This document shows, piece after piece, positions 15,728-24,335 of a stretch of DNA of 25,086 bases (positions within the stretch are counted from its first letter, which is position 1; each line of letters opens with the position of its first letter). The notes beneath the pieces are model-generated. The model was not told where the DNA came from and did not search any database. It saw nothing but the letters and a program-made list of their open reading frames with translations. Source of the DNA: a virus. Its lineage: Duplodnaviria > Caudoviricetes. Both the position numbers and the translations under genes were made by a program. The stretch spans positions 1 through 25,086 of the IMG/VR virus record IMGVR_UViG_3300030433_001699; one strand, written 5' to 3'.

Positions 15728-17780
15728 GAAGATCAGAGTGAAGAAGAAACGCACACAAGCACAAACACCCGCACCCAAGAAAGATCAGATCACAGGATCG
15801 AAGAAGAATCCAAAAGGATCTGCAAGTGGTGCAAGAGGTGGAATTGAAATCTCTGATTCAGCTGTGAAAACGCTTGAAGGCTATCGAGATGAACACAATG
15901 AAAAGTATTCAGCCAAATCAAAGAAGGTTGATCTTGGAACACTCAAGGCAGTCTTTAGACGTGGAGCTGGTGCTTTTTCGGCTTCCCATAGACCACAAGT
16001 CACTTCCCGCACTCAATGGGCTTTAGCTCGAGTGAAAGCTTTCCTCAAGTTGGTTGGAACAGGACAAAGAAAGAAGTCTTATACTACAGACTTGGATCTG
16101 CTTCCAAAAGGCCATCCTCAAAGAACTGAAGAAAAGAAGAAGGCTGAACTCTTCTCTATTCCTGATAAATACTCACACATTGATTTCACTCCACCAAAGG
16201 GAGTACAAGAAGCCGCTAAACGTGGTCTTGAAATCCGAAGAAGTAAACCTGAATCTCAAAGAGGTGGAACTGAAGTTGGTGTTGCTCGAGCAAGAGACCT
16301 CTCCAACGGAATCCAATTAAGTCCTGATACAGTGAAAAGAATGCTTGCATACTTCACAAGGCATGAAGTGGACAAGCAAGGATCGACTTGGGATGAGCAA
16401 GGAAAAGGCTTCCAAGCTTGGTTGCTATGGGGTGGTGATCCTGGATTTACATGGTCTCGAAAGGTCGTTAATCAGATGAAAGCAGCTGATACAAAAGCCA
16501 ATAAGCTTACAGCTTACTCAGAGATTTCACTCTTGAATGAAATCAAAACTTATGATGTACCTGACGGATTGACCATTGGGAAACCATTTAAAACTCTTTC
16601 ACTTGGTCAAGTCTCTTCCAGGATGAACGGCGAACCCATTGGAAAGGAGATCTCAAAAGATCTTCTCTCTGAAATGGTGCGAGTGTTCAACATTCGAAAA
16701 GACTCTGATCCTGTGATCATCGATTGGCAACACGCTACTTCACCCTTTCAAGAAGGTGGTGTTGCTGGTCCTGATGCTGGAAACGCTCTTGGAATCATTG
16801 TGGACTTAGAAGTAAGAGACAATGGACTTTATGCTGTTCCAGCTTACAATGAAAGAGGAATGAAAGTAGTTAAAGACGCTGGTGGAATCTTGTGGTCTTC
16901 TCCTGAATATCTGCAAGGTGACATCTTTACTAGGGATGGAGGAGATAAAGTTGGTGATGCTCAACTATTAGCAGTCACTCTTACTCCAAGACCCGCTCAA
17001 CAATCAGACAAAATTGATCGAATCACTCTTAAGGAGAGTTTAACCATGTATTCTCAAGAACAGTTGAATGCAATGAATCATGATGATTTGGTGGAATATG
17101 CAAAACGTGAGCAAGATCTTAATCGTCAAAAAGATGAAATGATTAAGCAACTCGAAAGCCAAATCAAGACCATGAATGAAGACAATGAATCCAAGGTTTC
17201 AAAAGACGCTGAAGATCTTAATGAACATTACGGTAAAAATGAACATTATGATGATAAGGACAAAAAGAAACTAGGTGAGCATGACAAAGAAGAAAAGCTT
17301 GCTGAACACAAAGACAAAGAGAAAATGAAGGAACATGACGATAAGGAAAAGAAGATGAAAGAACATCAAAAAATGAGTGAGTCTTTGAATCCAAATCTAC
17401 TTTCTGAAATCCAAGCTTTACGAGAGCAAGTTCAAACCCTCCAAAAAGAGAAGATTGAAGTAGAGAAATCTACAGCTGTGAATCAACTCTTGAGTGAAGG
17501 AAAGATCTCACCTAATGAAGAGATTGTTGCTCGAGAAGCGTATGATTTGAAACTTCAAGGACGTGATTCATTTTGGAATATGTTCAGTGAAAGACCATCC
17601 AATTCTGTTGTCAATATGTCAACCATTGGTCACGGTGCATCTGGTCAAGAGATCAATAAAGAAAGCCTTCATCTTAAAGTTAAGAAATTAAGTGAAGATA
17701 AGGGAATCAGTTATAGCCAAGCCTTGACTGAATTCCGAAGTTCTAACCCTCAAGAATACAATCAAGCCTACGGAGTTTAA
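15720..17780 (+). CDS. Mu gpI-like prohead protease/scaffold with two extra N-terminal domains
   Basis: PVIIDWQH...A.G.I..L..R..GL.A...SPEY...LLAVTLT.RPA protease core; C-terminal coiled-coil scaffold with EH(D)DKEK repeats. Confidence 0.75.
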   Translation: MVKKIRVKKKRTQAQTPAPKKDQITGSKKNPKGSASGARGGIEISDSAVKTLEGYRDEHNEKYSAKSKKVDLGTLKAVFRRGAGAFSASHRPQVTSRTQWALARVKAFLKLVGTGQRKKSYTTDLDLLPKGHPQRTEEKKKAELFSIPDKYSHIDFTPPKGVQEAAKRGLEIRRSKPESQRGGTEVGVARARDLSNGIQLSPDTVKRMLAYFTRHEVDKQGSTWDEQGKGFQAWLLWGGDPGFTWSRKVVNQMKAADTKANKLTAYSEISLLNEIKTYDVPDGLTIGKPFKTLSLGQVSSRMNGEPIGKEISKDLLSEMVRVFNIRKDSDPVIIDWQHATSPFQEGGVAGPDAGNALGIIVDLEVRDNGLYAVPAYNERGMKVVKDAGGILWSSPEYLQGDIFTRDGGDKVGDAQLLAVTLTPRPAQQSDKIDRITLKESLTMYSQEQLNAMNHDDLVEYAKREQDLNRQKDEMIKQLESQIKTMNEDNESKVSKDAEDLNEHYGKNEHYDDKDKKKLGEHDKEEKLAEHKDKEKMKEHDDKEKKMKEHQKMSESLNPNLLSEIQALREQVQTLQKEKIEVEKSTAVNQLLSEGKISPNEEIVAREAYDLKLQGRDSFWNMFSERPSNSVVNMSTIGHGASGQEINKESLHLKVKKLSEDKGISYSQALTEFRSSNPQEYNQAYGV
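17046..17780 (+). CDS. Putative nested scaffolding protein from internal start
   Basis: In-frame ATG at 17046 preceded by AAGGAGAGTTTAACC, right after the protease domain; analogous to Mu I/Z and lambda C/Nu3. Confidence 0.55.
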   Translation: MYSQEQLNAMNHDDLVEYAKREQDLNRQKDEMIKQLESQIKTMNEDNESKVSKDAEDLNEHYGKNEHYDDKDKKKLGEHDKEEKLAEHKDKEKMKEHDDKEKKMKEHQKMSESLNPNLLSEIQALREQVQTLQKEKIEVEKSTAVNQLLSEGKISPNEEIVAREAYDLKLQGRDSFWNMFSERPSNSVVNMSTIGHGASGQEINKESLHLKVKKLSEDKGISYSQALTEFRSSNPQEYNQAYGV

Positions 17781-17783
17781 GAA

Positions 17784-18164
17784 ATGCAAACTCAAAATAT
17801 CGTTGTAAGTTTTGTGGCTGCTGAAGCCATCACTGAATTTGCTCTTGTTTCTATCAATACAGATGGAAAAATTGTTATCACTGATGCTGGAAATGACGCA
17901 GCTTGCGTTGGTGTTGCTCAACGTGCATGCTCAACAGGTGAAGTCACTGACGTACTTATTCATGGAATCACTCAAGTGATTGCAAGTGCTGCCTTGACTT
18001 TTTCAAATCCTCTCTTTGCTGCGACTACCAACGGACAAGTGAAAGCAAGTGCTTCAACTGAATTTCCTGTATGTCGTCTTATTCCAAACATCAATCAAAC
18101 TGCATCTAGTGGAGCGGGTGAGCAACTTACTGTTTTGTTCACTGGTCCATCTGTTGTGAAATAA
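17784..18164 (+). CDS. Capsid decoration/cement protein (DUF2190-like)
   Basis: 126 aa, Ala/Val/Thr-rich, GVA.....GE..DV...G pattern; lies between scaffold and MCP. Confidence 0.7.
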   Translation: MQTQNIVVSFVAAEAITEFALVSINTDGKIVITDAGNDAACVGVAQRACSTGEVTDVLIHGITQVIASAALTFSNPLFAATTNGQVKASASTEFPVCRLIPNINQTASSGAGEQLTVLFTGPSVVK

Positions 18165-18176
18165 GGAGTTTAACCA

Positions 18177-19193
18177 ATGGCTTCATCTTATAGTAATTTA
18201 CATCCTGTTGATAATGTCTTAACTAGCCTTGCTGTTGAAGCGATCCCTAGTGATTCACAACTCATTGCTGATCAACTTTTTGAGAAGGTCAACATTCCTG
18301 AACGCAGTGGAACCCTCTTGGTTGAGAACACTCGTAATTTTATGGGAAGTCCTGAATTGGATCTTGAGCGGGCTCCAGGTGCATCTCGCACTATGATTGG
18401 TTCTTTCGATCGAACTTCCTTGACTTACAAAGCCAAGATCTATTCTGCATCTGATAGCATTGCCATGGAAGATATCTTCGATTCACAATATCCTGGTAGT
18501 GAAGAAGGTCGTATTGTTCGCAAGGTTGCTCGAACCATGAAACTTGCAAAAGAGAAGCGTGCTGCTGATCTCCTTTTTGATGCAAGCAATTTTGCAGCTG
18601 CAAGCAAGGCCAACGCTAATGCAATCCCTGGTGGAAAAGGTGTTAAGTTTAATGCTGCTGGTGCTGAACCTTTGAGTGATCTCCACATTGTAAAAGATCT
18701 TGTCTTTGCAAACTCACATGGAATTAATCCTGATACTCTCGTTCTTGGTCGTGAAGTCTTTCGTGAGCTTGCACGCAATCCAGAAATGCGTGGATATGTT
18801 GGAGATGCGACTGCTGGAATTGCAAGTGGAAACCTTCTCTTGAATGATGAAGCAATCATCCAAGTCTTGCGTAATGTTCTTGGCATTCCTAACGTCTACG
18901 TTGGAGCAGCTCGACGTGAGACTGCTGTACCTGGTGCAACTTCTTCAGAAGGCTATATCTGGACTGGTGATGCAATCTTTATGGGAATCATGAAAGGTTC
19001 TGATGCAATCGTTTCTAAAAGTGGAAACGTGAAGGCTATGCCTGTAACTGCTCTTGACTTTGAATTCCGTGGAATGCAAGCTGGTCAATATGATTCTCTC
19101 GATATGGTACGTCGTTATGTTTGGGCTGAACAAATCAACCAATTCAAGATGATTGATAGTTCATTTGGATATCTCGTATCTGACTGCCTCTAA
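18177..19193 (+). CDS. Major capsid protein
   Basis: 338 aa; VD.VLT.LA, IAD..F..V, G..PDTLVLG..VF..L..NP; strong RBS; syntenic position. Confidence 0.85.
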   Translation: MASSYSNLHPVDNVLTSLAVEAIPSDSQLIADQLFEKVNIPERSGTLLVENTRNFMGSPELDLERAPGASRTMIGSFDRTSLTYKAKIYSASDSIAMEDIFDSQYPGSEEGRIVRKVARTMKLAKEKRAADLLFDASNFAAASKANANAIPGGKGVKFNAAGAEPLSDLHIVKDLVFANSHGINPDTLVLGREVFRELARNPEMRGYVGDATAGIASGNLLLNDEAIIQVLRNVLGIPNVYVGAARRETAVPGATSSEGYIWTGDAIFMGIMKGSDAIVSKSGNVKAMPVTALDFEFRGMQAGQYDSLDMVRRYVWAEQINQFKMIDSSFGYLVSDCL

Positions 19194-19203
19194 GAGTAAA
19201 TGA

Positions 19204-20127
19204 ATGTTTTGCTGTTTCAATGAACATGATCACATCCTTCTTGCTGAATCCGTTGATGCTGACCAAAAGGCTATCCAGGATTTAGAGAATCAGTTGAAGA
19301 AACAGCGTAAACCACTTGCTCAAATAACACGTTCAAAGATCAAAGAACTGAAAGCTGAAAAGCGTGCTGCCGATAGGTTTGGAAAAGCCTATTCTAAAGC
19401 ATCCAAGAGACTGTTGAATCAATTAAGCAATATGCTTGAACAGACCAATCCTTCAGTCTTACTTGACCTTGAGAAAGATCAATTAGTTGAACTTGTTCTT
19501 CAAGGTGGATTTGCTGAATCTATAGAAGATTTTATAGATCAGCAGAATAAAATGTTGGAATCCATAAATGATTCCATGAAAGCGGTTGATCCAACCTTCA
19601 CTCCACTATTTATTGATGGAGAGATTGATGCACTAAAAACTCTGACTGTTCAGAATGTTTTTGATGATATTGTGATTCCAACCGTTTCAAAGAATATGAG
19701 AGATTCACTTCTTTCAATGGTAGTCGATACTCCAAAAGATGTGGCCATATCAAACTTAGCACAGACTCTTGAAAGAGGTGCTGGAACGCTTCAAACTGAA
19801 GTGAGGACTAAGATTGCACAGTTTGGAAGATCTGTGAACATGGTTGCAGCTGATTCGGTTGGAATGGACTTGTTTTTATATACTGGTCCAATGGATGGAG
19901 AGACAAGATCATTCTGTAGAGAGTTGGTGAATAAAGTAGTTGATCGAACTCAACTTAGTCAACTTAATAACAATCAAGGATTATCTGTGCGTTCAAGTGG
20001 AGGTGGTTGGAATTGTCGACATTCTTGGAGTCCAATTACTGAATCCTTTATGAAGCTTGCTGACCTTGAGAAAGCAACAGACGCAGATATTAAAGAAGCC
20101 AATTCAAGAGCAAGGAAACGTAAATGA
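19204..20127 (+). CDS. Head morphogenesis / minor capsid protein (Mu gpF/SPP1 gp7-like)
   Basis: C-terminal YTGP.D..TR.FC...GGWNCRHSW motif. Confidence 0.75.
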   Translation: MFCCFNEHDHILLAESVDADQKAIQDLENQLKKQRKPLAQITRSKIKELKAEKRAADRFGKAYSKASKRLLNQLSNMLEQTNPSVLLDLEKDQLVELVLQGGFAESIEDFIDQQNKMLESINDSMKAVDPTFTPLFIDGEIDALKTLTVQNVFDDIVIPTVSKNMRDSLLSMVVDTPKDVAISNLAQTLERGAGTLQTEVRTKIAQFGRSVNMVAADSVGMDLFLYTGPMDGETRSFCRELVNKVVDRTQLSQLNNNQGLSVRSSGGGWNCRHSWSPITESFMKLADLEKATDADIKEANSRARKRK

Positions 20128-21071
20128 GAAAAGCAGTTTTAAATAAAGATTATGTTTTTGATTGGAATGCACCAGCACCGATTTCAGGAACTCCAACACT
20201 TTCCTTGAACTCCATCACTTATACGTTTTCACAGTCTCGAGCAGATGCAACCGTTTCAGCTGTTGCCAATGATCGAAGAACATTGACAGTTGATAATCAG
20301 GCAACAGGACTGCAAAGAGATCAGATGAAGGCTTTCCTCATTACCAATGGAGATACCTTCTACACTGTGACAGTGGTGAGAGTGGTTGGAACAACTGCGG
20401 TTCTTGCTGAACCACTTCCAAGAGAGATTGACCTCTCCACAAGTGGAACTCTTCAATTTGCTCTTTGGTCTACTACCATCCTTTCTTCTGCAACCGTTCT
20501 TTCCACAGCAAACACCTATCCTTTTGTAATCAACTTCACAACTGATCAAGGTGCGTTAAATCATGATCGAATTGAAAAGGGATTGTTCAAATCAACACCA
20601 AGACCTTTCCAAACTGGATTGAATCATGATGATTTGGTTGATCTCTTTGCACCTTTAGCAGATATGATTCCAAGAAGACAAAGTGATTTTAAGCCACAAA
20701 TCCAAGGTGCTTTGGATGAAATCATCATGCACATTAGAGACGTAACCATTCCTCAAGATGCAACCGAAGATGAAGTCTTTAATCCTGAACAGTTCAAACT
20801 TGCTCATGCTTATTGTACAGCAGCCTATATTTATGAACAGAATCTTCAATTGGATGTGGCTTCAGAAATGCGCACACGTTGCCAAGAGTTGATGGAAGTA
20901 GCCTTGCGTTCTCTTGCCTTGGATGTGGATGGTGATGGTGTAATCGATGATGGAGAGTTAAACAGGAGGGAATCAGGAGGAAAGACAACAGACTTTCGAG
21001 CATCCTGGAAGACCTACACAAGAACGTCCAATGATTCATTCTTCACATCTTCAAGAGGGATGAGACATTAA
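20124..21071 (+). CDS. Putative head-tail adaptor
   Basis: Synteny; beta-rich N-terminal half and helical C-terminal half; DVDGDGVIDDGE loop. Confidence 0.5.
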   Translation: MRKAVLNKDYVFDWNAPAPISGTPTLSLNSITYTFSQSRADATVSAVANDRRTLTVDNQATGLQRDQMKAFLITNGDTFYTVTVVRVVGTTAVLAEPLPREIDLSTSGTLQFALWSTTILSSATVLSTANTYPFVINFTTDQGALNHDRIEKGLFKSTPRPFQTGLNHDDLVDLFAPLADMIPRRQSDFKPQIQGALDEIIMHIRDVTIPQDATEDEVFNPEQFKLAHAYCTAAYIYEQNLQLDVASEMRTRCQELMEVALRSLALDVDGDGVIDDGELNRRESGGKTTDFRASWKTYTRTSNDSFFTSSRGMRH

Positions 21072-21093
21072 ATAGGAACTCATTTCCTATTTA
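21069..21093 (+). promoter_or_regulatory. Perfect 10-bp hairpin abutting an RBS
   Basis: TAAATAGGAA-CTCAT-TTCCTATTTA immediately before GGAG; no U tail. Confidence 0.55.
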
Positions 21094-21103
21094 GGAGTTT
21101 AAC

Positions 21104-21628
21104 ATGCCTTCCAAAGTAAAACTGAATCTTCCAAAGCAGATCTGGACTCGAGCAGACACACTGCGTCTTGCTCAAGATACACTGGCTTCCATTAAGCTAA
21201 GAACAAGTAGAGGAATCGATTCAAATGGAATCAAGTTTGATGATTACTCTGAAAAGAAGATCTACATTCCATTAAGGAAGGGAACAGGGGCAAGGCTTAA
21301 ACCTAAAGGGGGCGAACTCACTCCATCTGGAAAGTCCATGAAGTTTACAGGTGGATATAAAGAGTACAAGGAGAAATCAAGAAGGAGAGGAAGTTCAACC
21401 GATTCAGCAGAAGTTGACTTGGTGCTTTCAGGTATATTGATGAATAATCTGATTGTCTTGCAAGCAACTGAAACCTTCTTTGTGATTGGCTTAACCAACC
21501 ATGTGAAATACTATGGATATGCAGTCAATGAAAAGCGTGAATATTTAGGCTTATCTAATCAAGATGTTCAAATCTTGGTTGCTGTAGTTCAAGATGTGAT
21601 TGCACGAAAAATTGAAAGAGGAAGATAA
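21104..21628 (+). CDS. Virion morphogenesis / neck protein (Mu gpG-like)
   Basis: I..RT..G.D..G..F..YS, L..SG.LMN.L and REYLGLS..D motifs. Confidence 0.65.
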   Translation: MPSKVKLNLPKQIWTRADTLRLAQDTLASIKLRTSRGIDSNGIKFDDYSEKKIYIPLRKGTGARLKPKGGELTPSGKSMKFTGGYKEYKEKSRRRGSSTDSAEVDLVLSGILMNNLIVLQATETFFVIGLTNHVKYYGYAVNEKREYLGLSNQDVQILVAVVQDVIARKIERGR

Positions 21629-22092
21629 TGTCACAAGGTATATTCTCAGCAACTGAAAAACTTGAGAACATGATTGAAGCAATCTCACCAAAAACTGATT
21701 CACATCATGGATTTATTGCAATCCAAACTGGAAACGGAAGAACCGCACCTCTCGAGCAAAGACCACATTCAACACGTTATTTTGAAATCAACACAATCAA
21801 CTTTGCTAGTGATGATGGAGAAGCGGGACTGAGTGGAAGAAAAAGAACATCTCTTGAACTCAGAGTACGCTATGATATTCCACAGGACCTTGGATTCTTG
21901 AAACGCTTGATCAATGAAGATGCTTCTAAGTTGATCGATACTCTTAAAGGTCCTGATTATGATTTAGTTAATACAGGGATTGTTTCATTGATTCCTGGTA
22001 ATCCATCAACACAACCAATCCAAGACATAAACGGAGCTGTAGAAGCAATGGTCCTTCTGCTTCCTTTTGATCTACTTTACTTAGAAGGGTAA
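21628..22092 (+). CDS. Putative tail terminator/completion protein
   Basis: 154 aa, directly upstream of the major tail protein; assignment rests on synteny. Confidence 0.5.
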   Translation: MSQGIFSATEKLENMIEAISPKTDSHHGFIAIQTGNGRTAPLEQRPHSTRYFEINTINFASDDGEAGLSGRKRTSLELRVRYDIPQDLGFLKRLINEDASKLIDTLKGPDYDLVNTGIVSLIPGNPSTQPIQDINGAVEAMVLLLPFDLLYLEG

Positions 22093-22096
22093 ACAA

Positions 22097-23401
22097 ATGG
22101 CTGTTACACATCGATCGATTAGCGTTGCACCTGAAACCTCCTTTGGTTCTCTCAATGCAACAACCAACCTTCCATCTACATCAGGACTTACTTTCATCAG
22201 TATTCCTTGTGAACGTGATCCAATTATCATCTATGGTGAACCCGTTGCATCAGAACGCAATGATGCTCGAGATGGATCTTATGGCCTTCCACCTGAACCT
22301 GATACTGTTTATTCAAGTGGAAGCCGCGTGCGACGGAGAACAGGACAAGTTCAGATTCGTTTAGACTTGACCACCATTGGAGCGACACCAGCAAACTATG
22401 ATTCAAACTATCTCGGTTACTTGCTTGGTGCTGGATTCCAAACTGCAAAGCATACTATGGCAAGCGATACTCCTTCAGCTGTTGCTTCTGAGAACTCCTT
22501 CACTCCAACCGTTGCAAGCACTCAATATGCTGTTGGTGCATTGGTTGGAATTGAGAAGAATGGAATTGCTGAATATAGTGCGGTGACTGACAATGATGAT
22601 TCAGGTGATGTTTCCATTTCACCAGCCTTTTCAGCTTTGACCACTTCAGATACGATTCGAGCCTTACAAACTTGGTATCCAGGAAGCCGATCACAAACAG
22701 GAAACAAAGTCTCTTCCATTGCTTTTGAAGTAAATGGTGTGGACTTCAAGTCCATGTGCTTTGGTTGCGTGCTTGAATCCATTTCGATCTCGCTTGATAG
22801 TGGACGGGTAATGGCTGACATGACCTTCCAAAGTGCGTGCATCCAGGATGATCATGCAAGTGCGGTCTCTCCTGTTGAACCCTCCTACAATGCTGGAAGC
22901 CCTCCTTTCTTTCGAGGGTCTTATGTTGTTGTCTCAACAGGTTCTCCAACTTCACTCACCAATGCAAGTTCCACAGGTGATGAATTAGCACGCACTAAAC
23001 TTGACTGTGAAGACTTCACCTTGACCATCACTAATACCTTGACTCCTTTAGGCCATAGTGACACTATCCTAGCAATGTCTGATATGGAGATCTCAGACGT
23101 GGATGTTGAGTTGACTCTCACACTGTCTTCTCCAACCACAGCATTGAACAATGACTATTTCAATCGAACTTTACGCCAAGTATTAGTTGGAACAGGACCA
23201 ATCGGAAATGGAAAAGGATGTGCTTTCATGCTTCCAGCTGCCTACCTAACTAATGATGCTTCTGCTTATGATGTAAGTGGAAATGATATTGTTCGTCAAA
23301 CCTTAACCTATAAACAATCTCGATTTGGTGGAGATGTGGTTTCTGATGACCAAGCAGCCAACGCTGGAAACTCTCCACTTCGGATTGCTCTTGGAGTGTA
23401 A
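22097..23401 (+). CDS. Major tail (tube) protein
   Basis: ISVAPETSFG start; FGCVLESISIS..G....DMTF; FTLTITNTL; precedes chaperone and tape measure. Confidence 0.75.
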   Translation: MAVTHRSISVAPETSFGSLNATTNLPSTSGLTFISIPCERDPIIIYGEPVASERNDARDGSYGLPPEPDTVYSSGSRVRRRTGQVQIRLDLTTIGATPANYDSNYLGYLLGAGFQTAKHTMASDTPSAVASENSFTPTVASTQYAVGALVGIEKNGIAEYSAVTDNDDSGDVSISPAFSALTTSDTIRALQTWYPGSRSQTGNKVSSIAFEVNGVDFKSMCFGCVLESISISLDSGRVMADMTFQSACIQDDHASAVSPVEPSYNAGSPPFFRGSYVVVSTGSPTSLTNASSTGDELARTKLDCEDFTLTITNTLTPLGHSDTILAMSDMEISDVDVELTLTLSSPTTALNNDYFNRTLRQVLVGTGPIGNGKGCAFMLPAAYLTNDASAYDVSGNDIVRQTLTYKQSRFGGDVVSDDQAANAGNSPLRIALGV

Positions 23402-23406
23402 TTAAA

Positions 23407-23913
23407 ATGGCTATTTCCTTTCTCACAGATGCAAACTCAACCATTGATGTTTTCCTTTCCTTTGATCCATCCATTGAACTGAATGAGGAACAGAGAAATG
23501 AATACTTGACCACAGGTGCATTCAATGGCATTGCTCGAGATGATGCAACCAAGTTTACTTTGAAAGCACTATCTCCATCTGAGAGAGAGGAAGCCGAAAT
23601 CAAAGCGGGTTCTTTCACCCGTTCTGAATTGGGTCGGTTCTTGTGGATGGAATCACCATCCAACGATAAAGACAAAGCCCTATGGCATCACCAACTAACC
23701 GAGGAAGAGAAACAGGCTTTTGCAAGCTACCAAGCTTACATCAACAATGTGTACTTGGAAATGATTCGAGCTTCCCTTCAAGCGGTTGATGGAGAATCTG
23801 CAACACTCGACACAATTCAATCCATTCGTCCTGAATCTCACAGAGTTCAAGCAATCACTGAATTGGTTCTTCACATCCAACGAATTTCTCTTCTTGGTGA
23901 TTCGGGAAAATAG
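23407..23913 (+). CDS. Tail assembly chaperone (G-like)
   Basis: Between tube and tape measure; ends in slippery G GGA AAA TAG. Confidence 0.75.
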   Translation: MAISFLTDANSTIDVFLSFDPSIELNEEQRNEYLTTGAFNGIARDDATKFTLKALSPSEREEAEIKAGSFTRSELGRFLWMESPSNDKDKALWHHQLTEEEKQAFASYQAYINNVYLEMIRASLQAVDGESATLDTIQSIRPESHRVQAITELVLHIQRISLLGDSGK

Positions 23914-24335
23914 CACTTGCCTCTTCTGTTTGGATTCCATTTAGCAATGGAAGAGGTTGGAATTGTGATCAATGTAAGTCTAAGAAAGGCCTAAGATCCT
24001 TAAGAGGAAACTGCGGTGGACCTTTCAAAGAAGGTCTTCCTTTATCTGATACAGATGAAGATGGACGTTTTATTCATGGATATAGGGTTGCACCAAACTG
24101 CGGTGAAGCCTATTCTGATTTAAAGATTCGATCTTGCCCTGTTGCTGATATGAACAGACTTGCTTCTGTGATCACAGCATTTAATAGACACCAATCAGGC
24201 TTGATCAGACTAAAAGAAATGTTTCCTTCTCCAACGTGTGCAATCATTGAAGCTTTTGATATACTTAATCAAAACACTTTGGAACTTCAAAGAAGACACC
24301 ATGAACAACAGATGAAAGAGTTCAAAAATGGCTGA
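23904..24335 (+). CDS. -1 frameshift extension of tail chaperone (GT-like; full product 23407-24335)
   Basis: The -1 frame is open from 23904 to the stop at 24335 and includes the track's 24150-24335 ORF. Confidence 0.75.
   Translation, partial: GKIALASSVWIPFSNGRGWNCDQCKSKKGLRSLRGNCGGPFKEGLPLSDTDEDGRFIHGYRVAPNCGEAYSDLKIRSCPVADMNRLASVITAFNRHQSGLIRLKEMFPSPTCAIIEAFDILNQNTLELQRRHHEQQMKEFKNG

Noticed and set aside
18440-18886. Minus-strand 148-aa ORF (and similar ORFs at 11156, 22522, 23250)
   Set aside because: They fully overlap well-supported plus-strand genes and show no recognisable motifs.
24150-24335. Stand-alone 61-aa gene
   Set aside because: No RBS; it is the distal part of the frameshifted chaperone frame.
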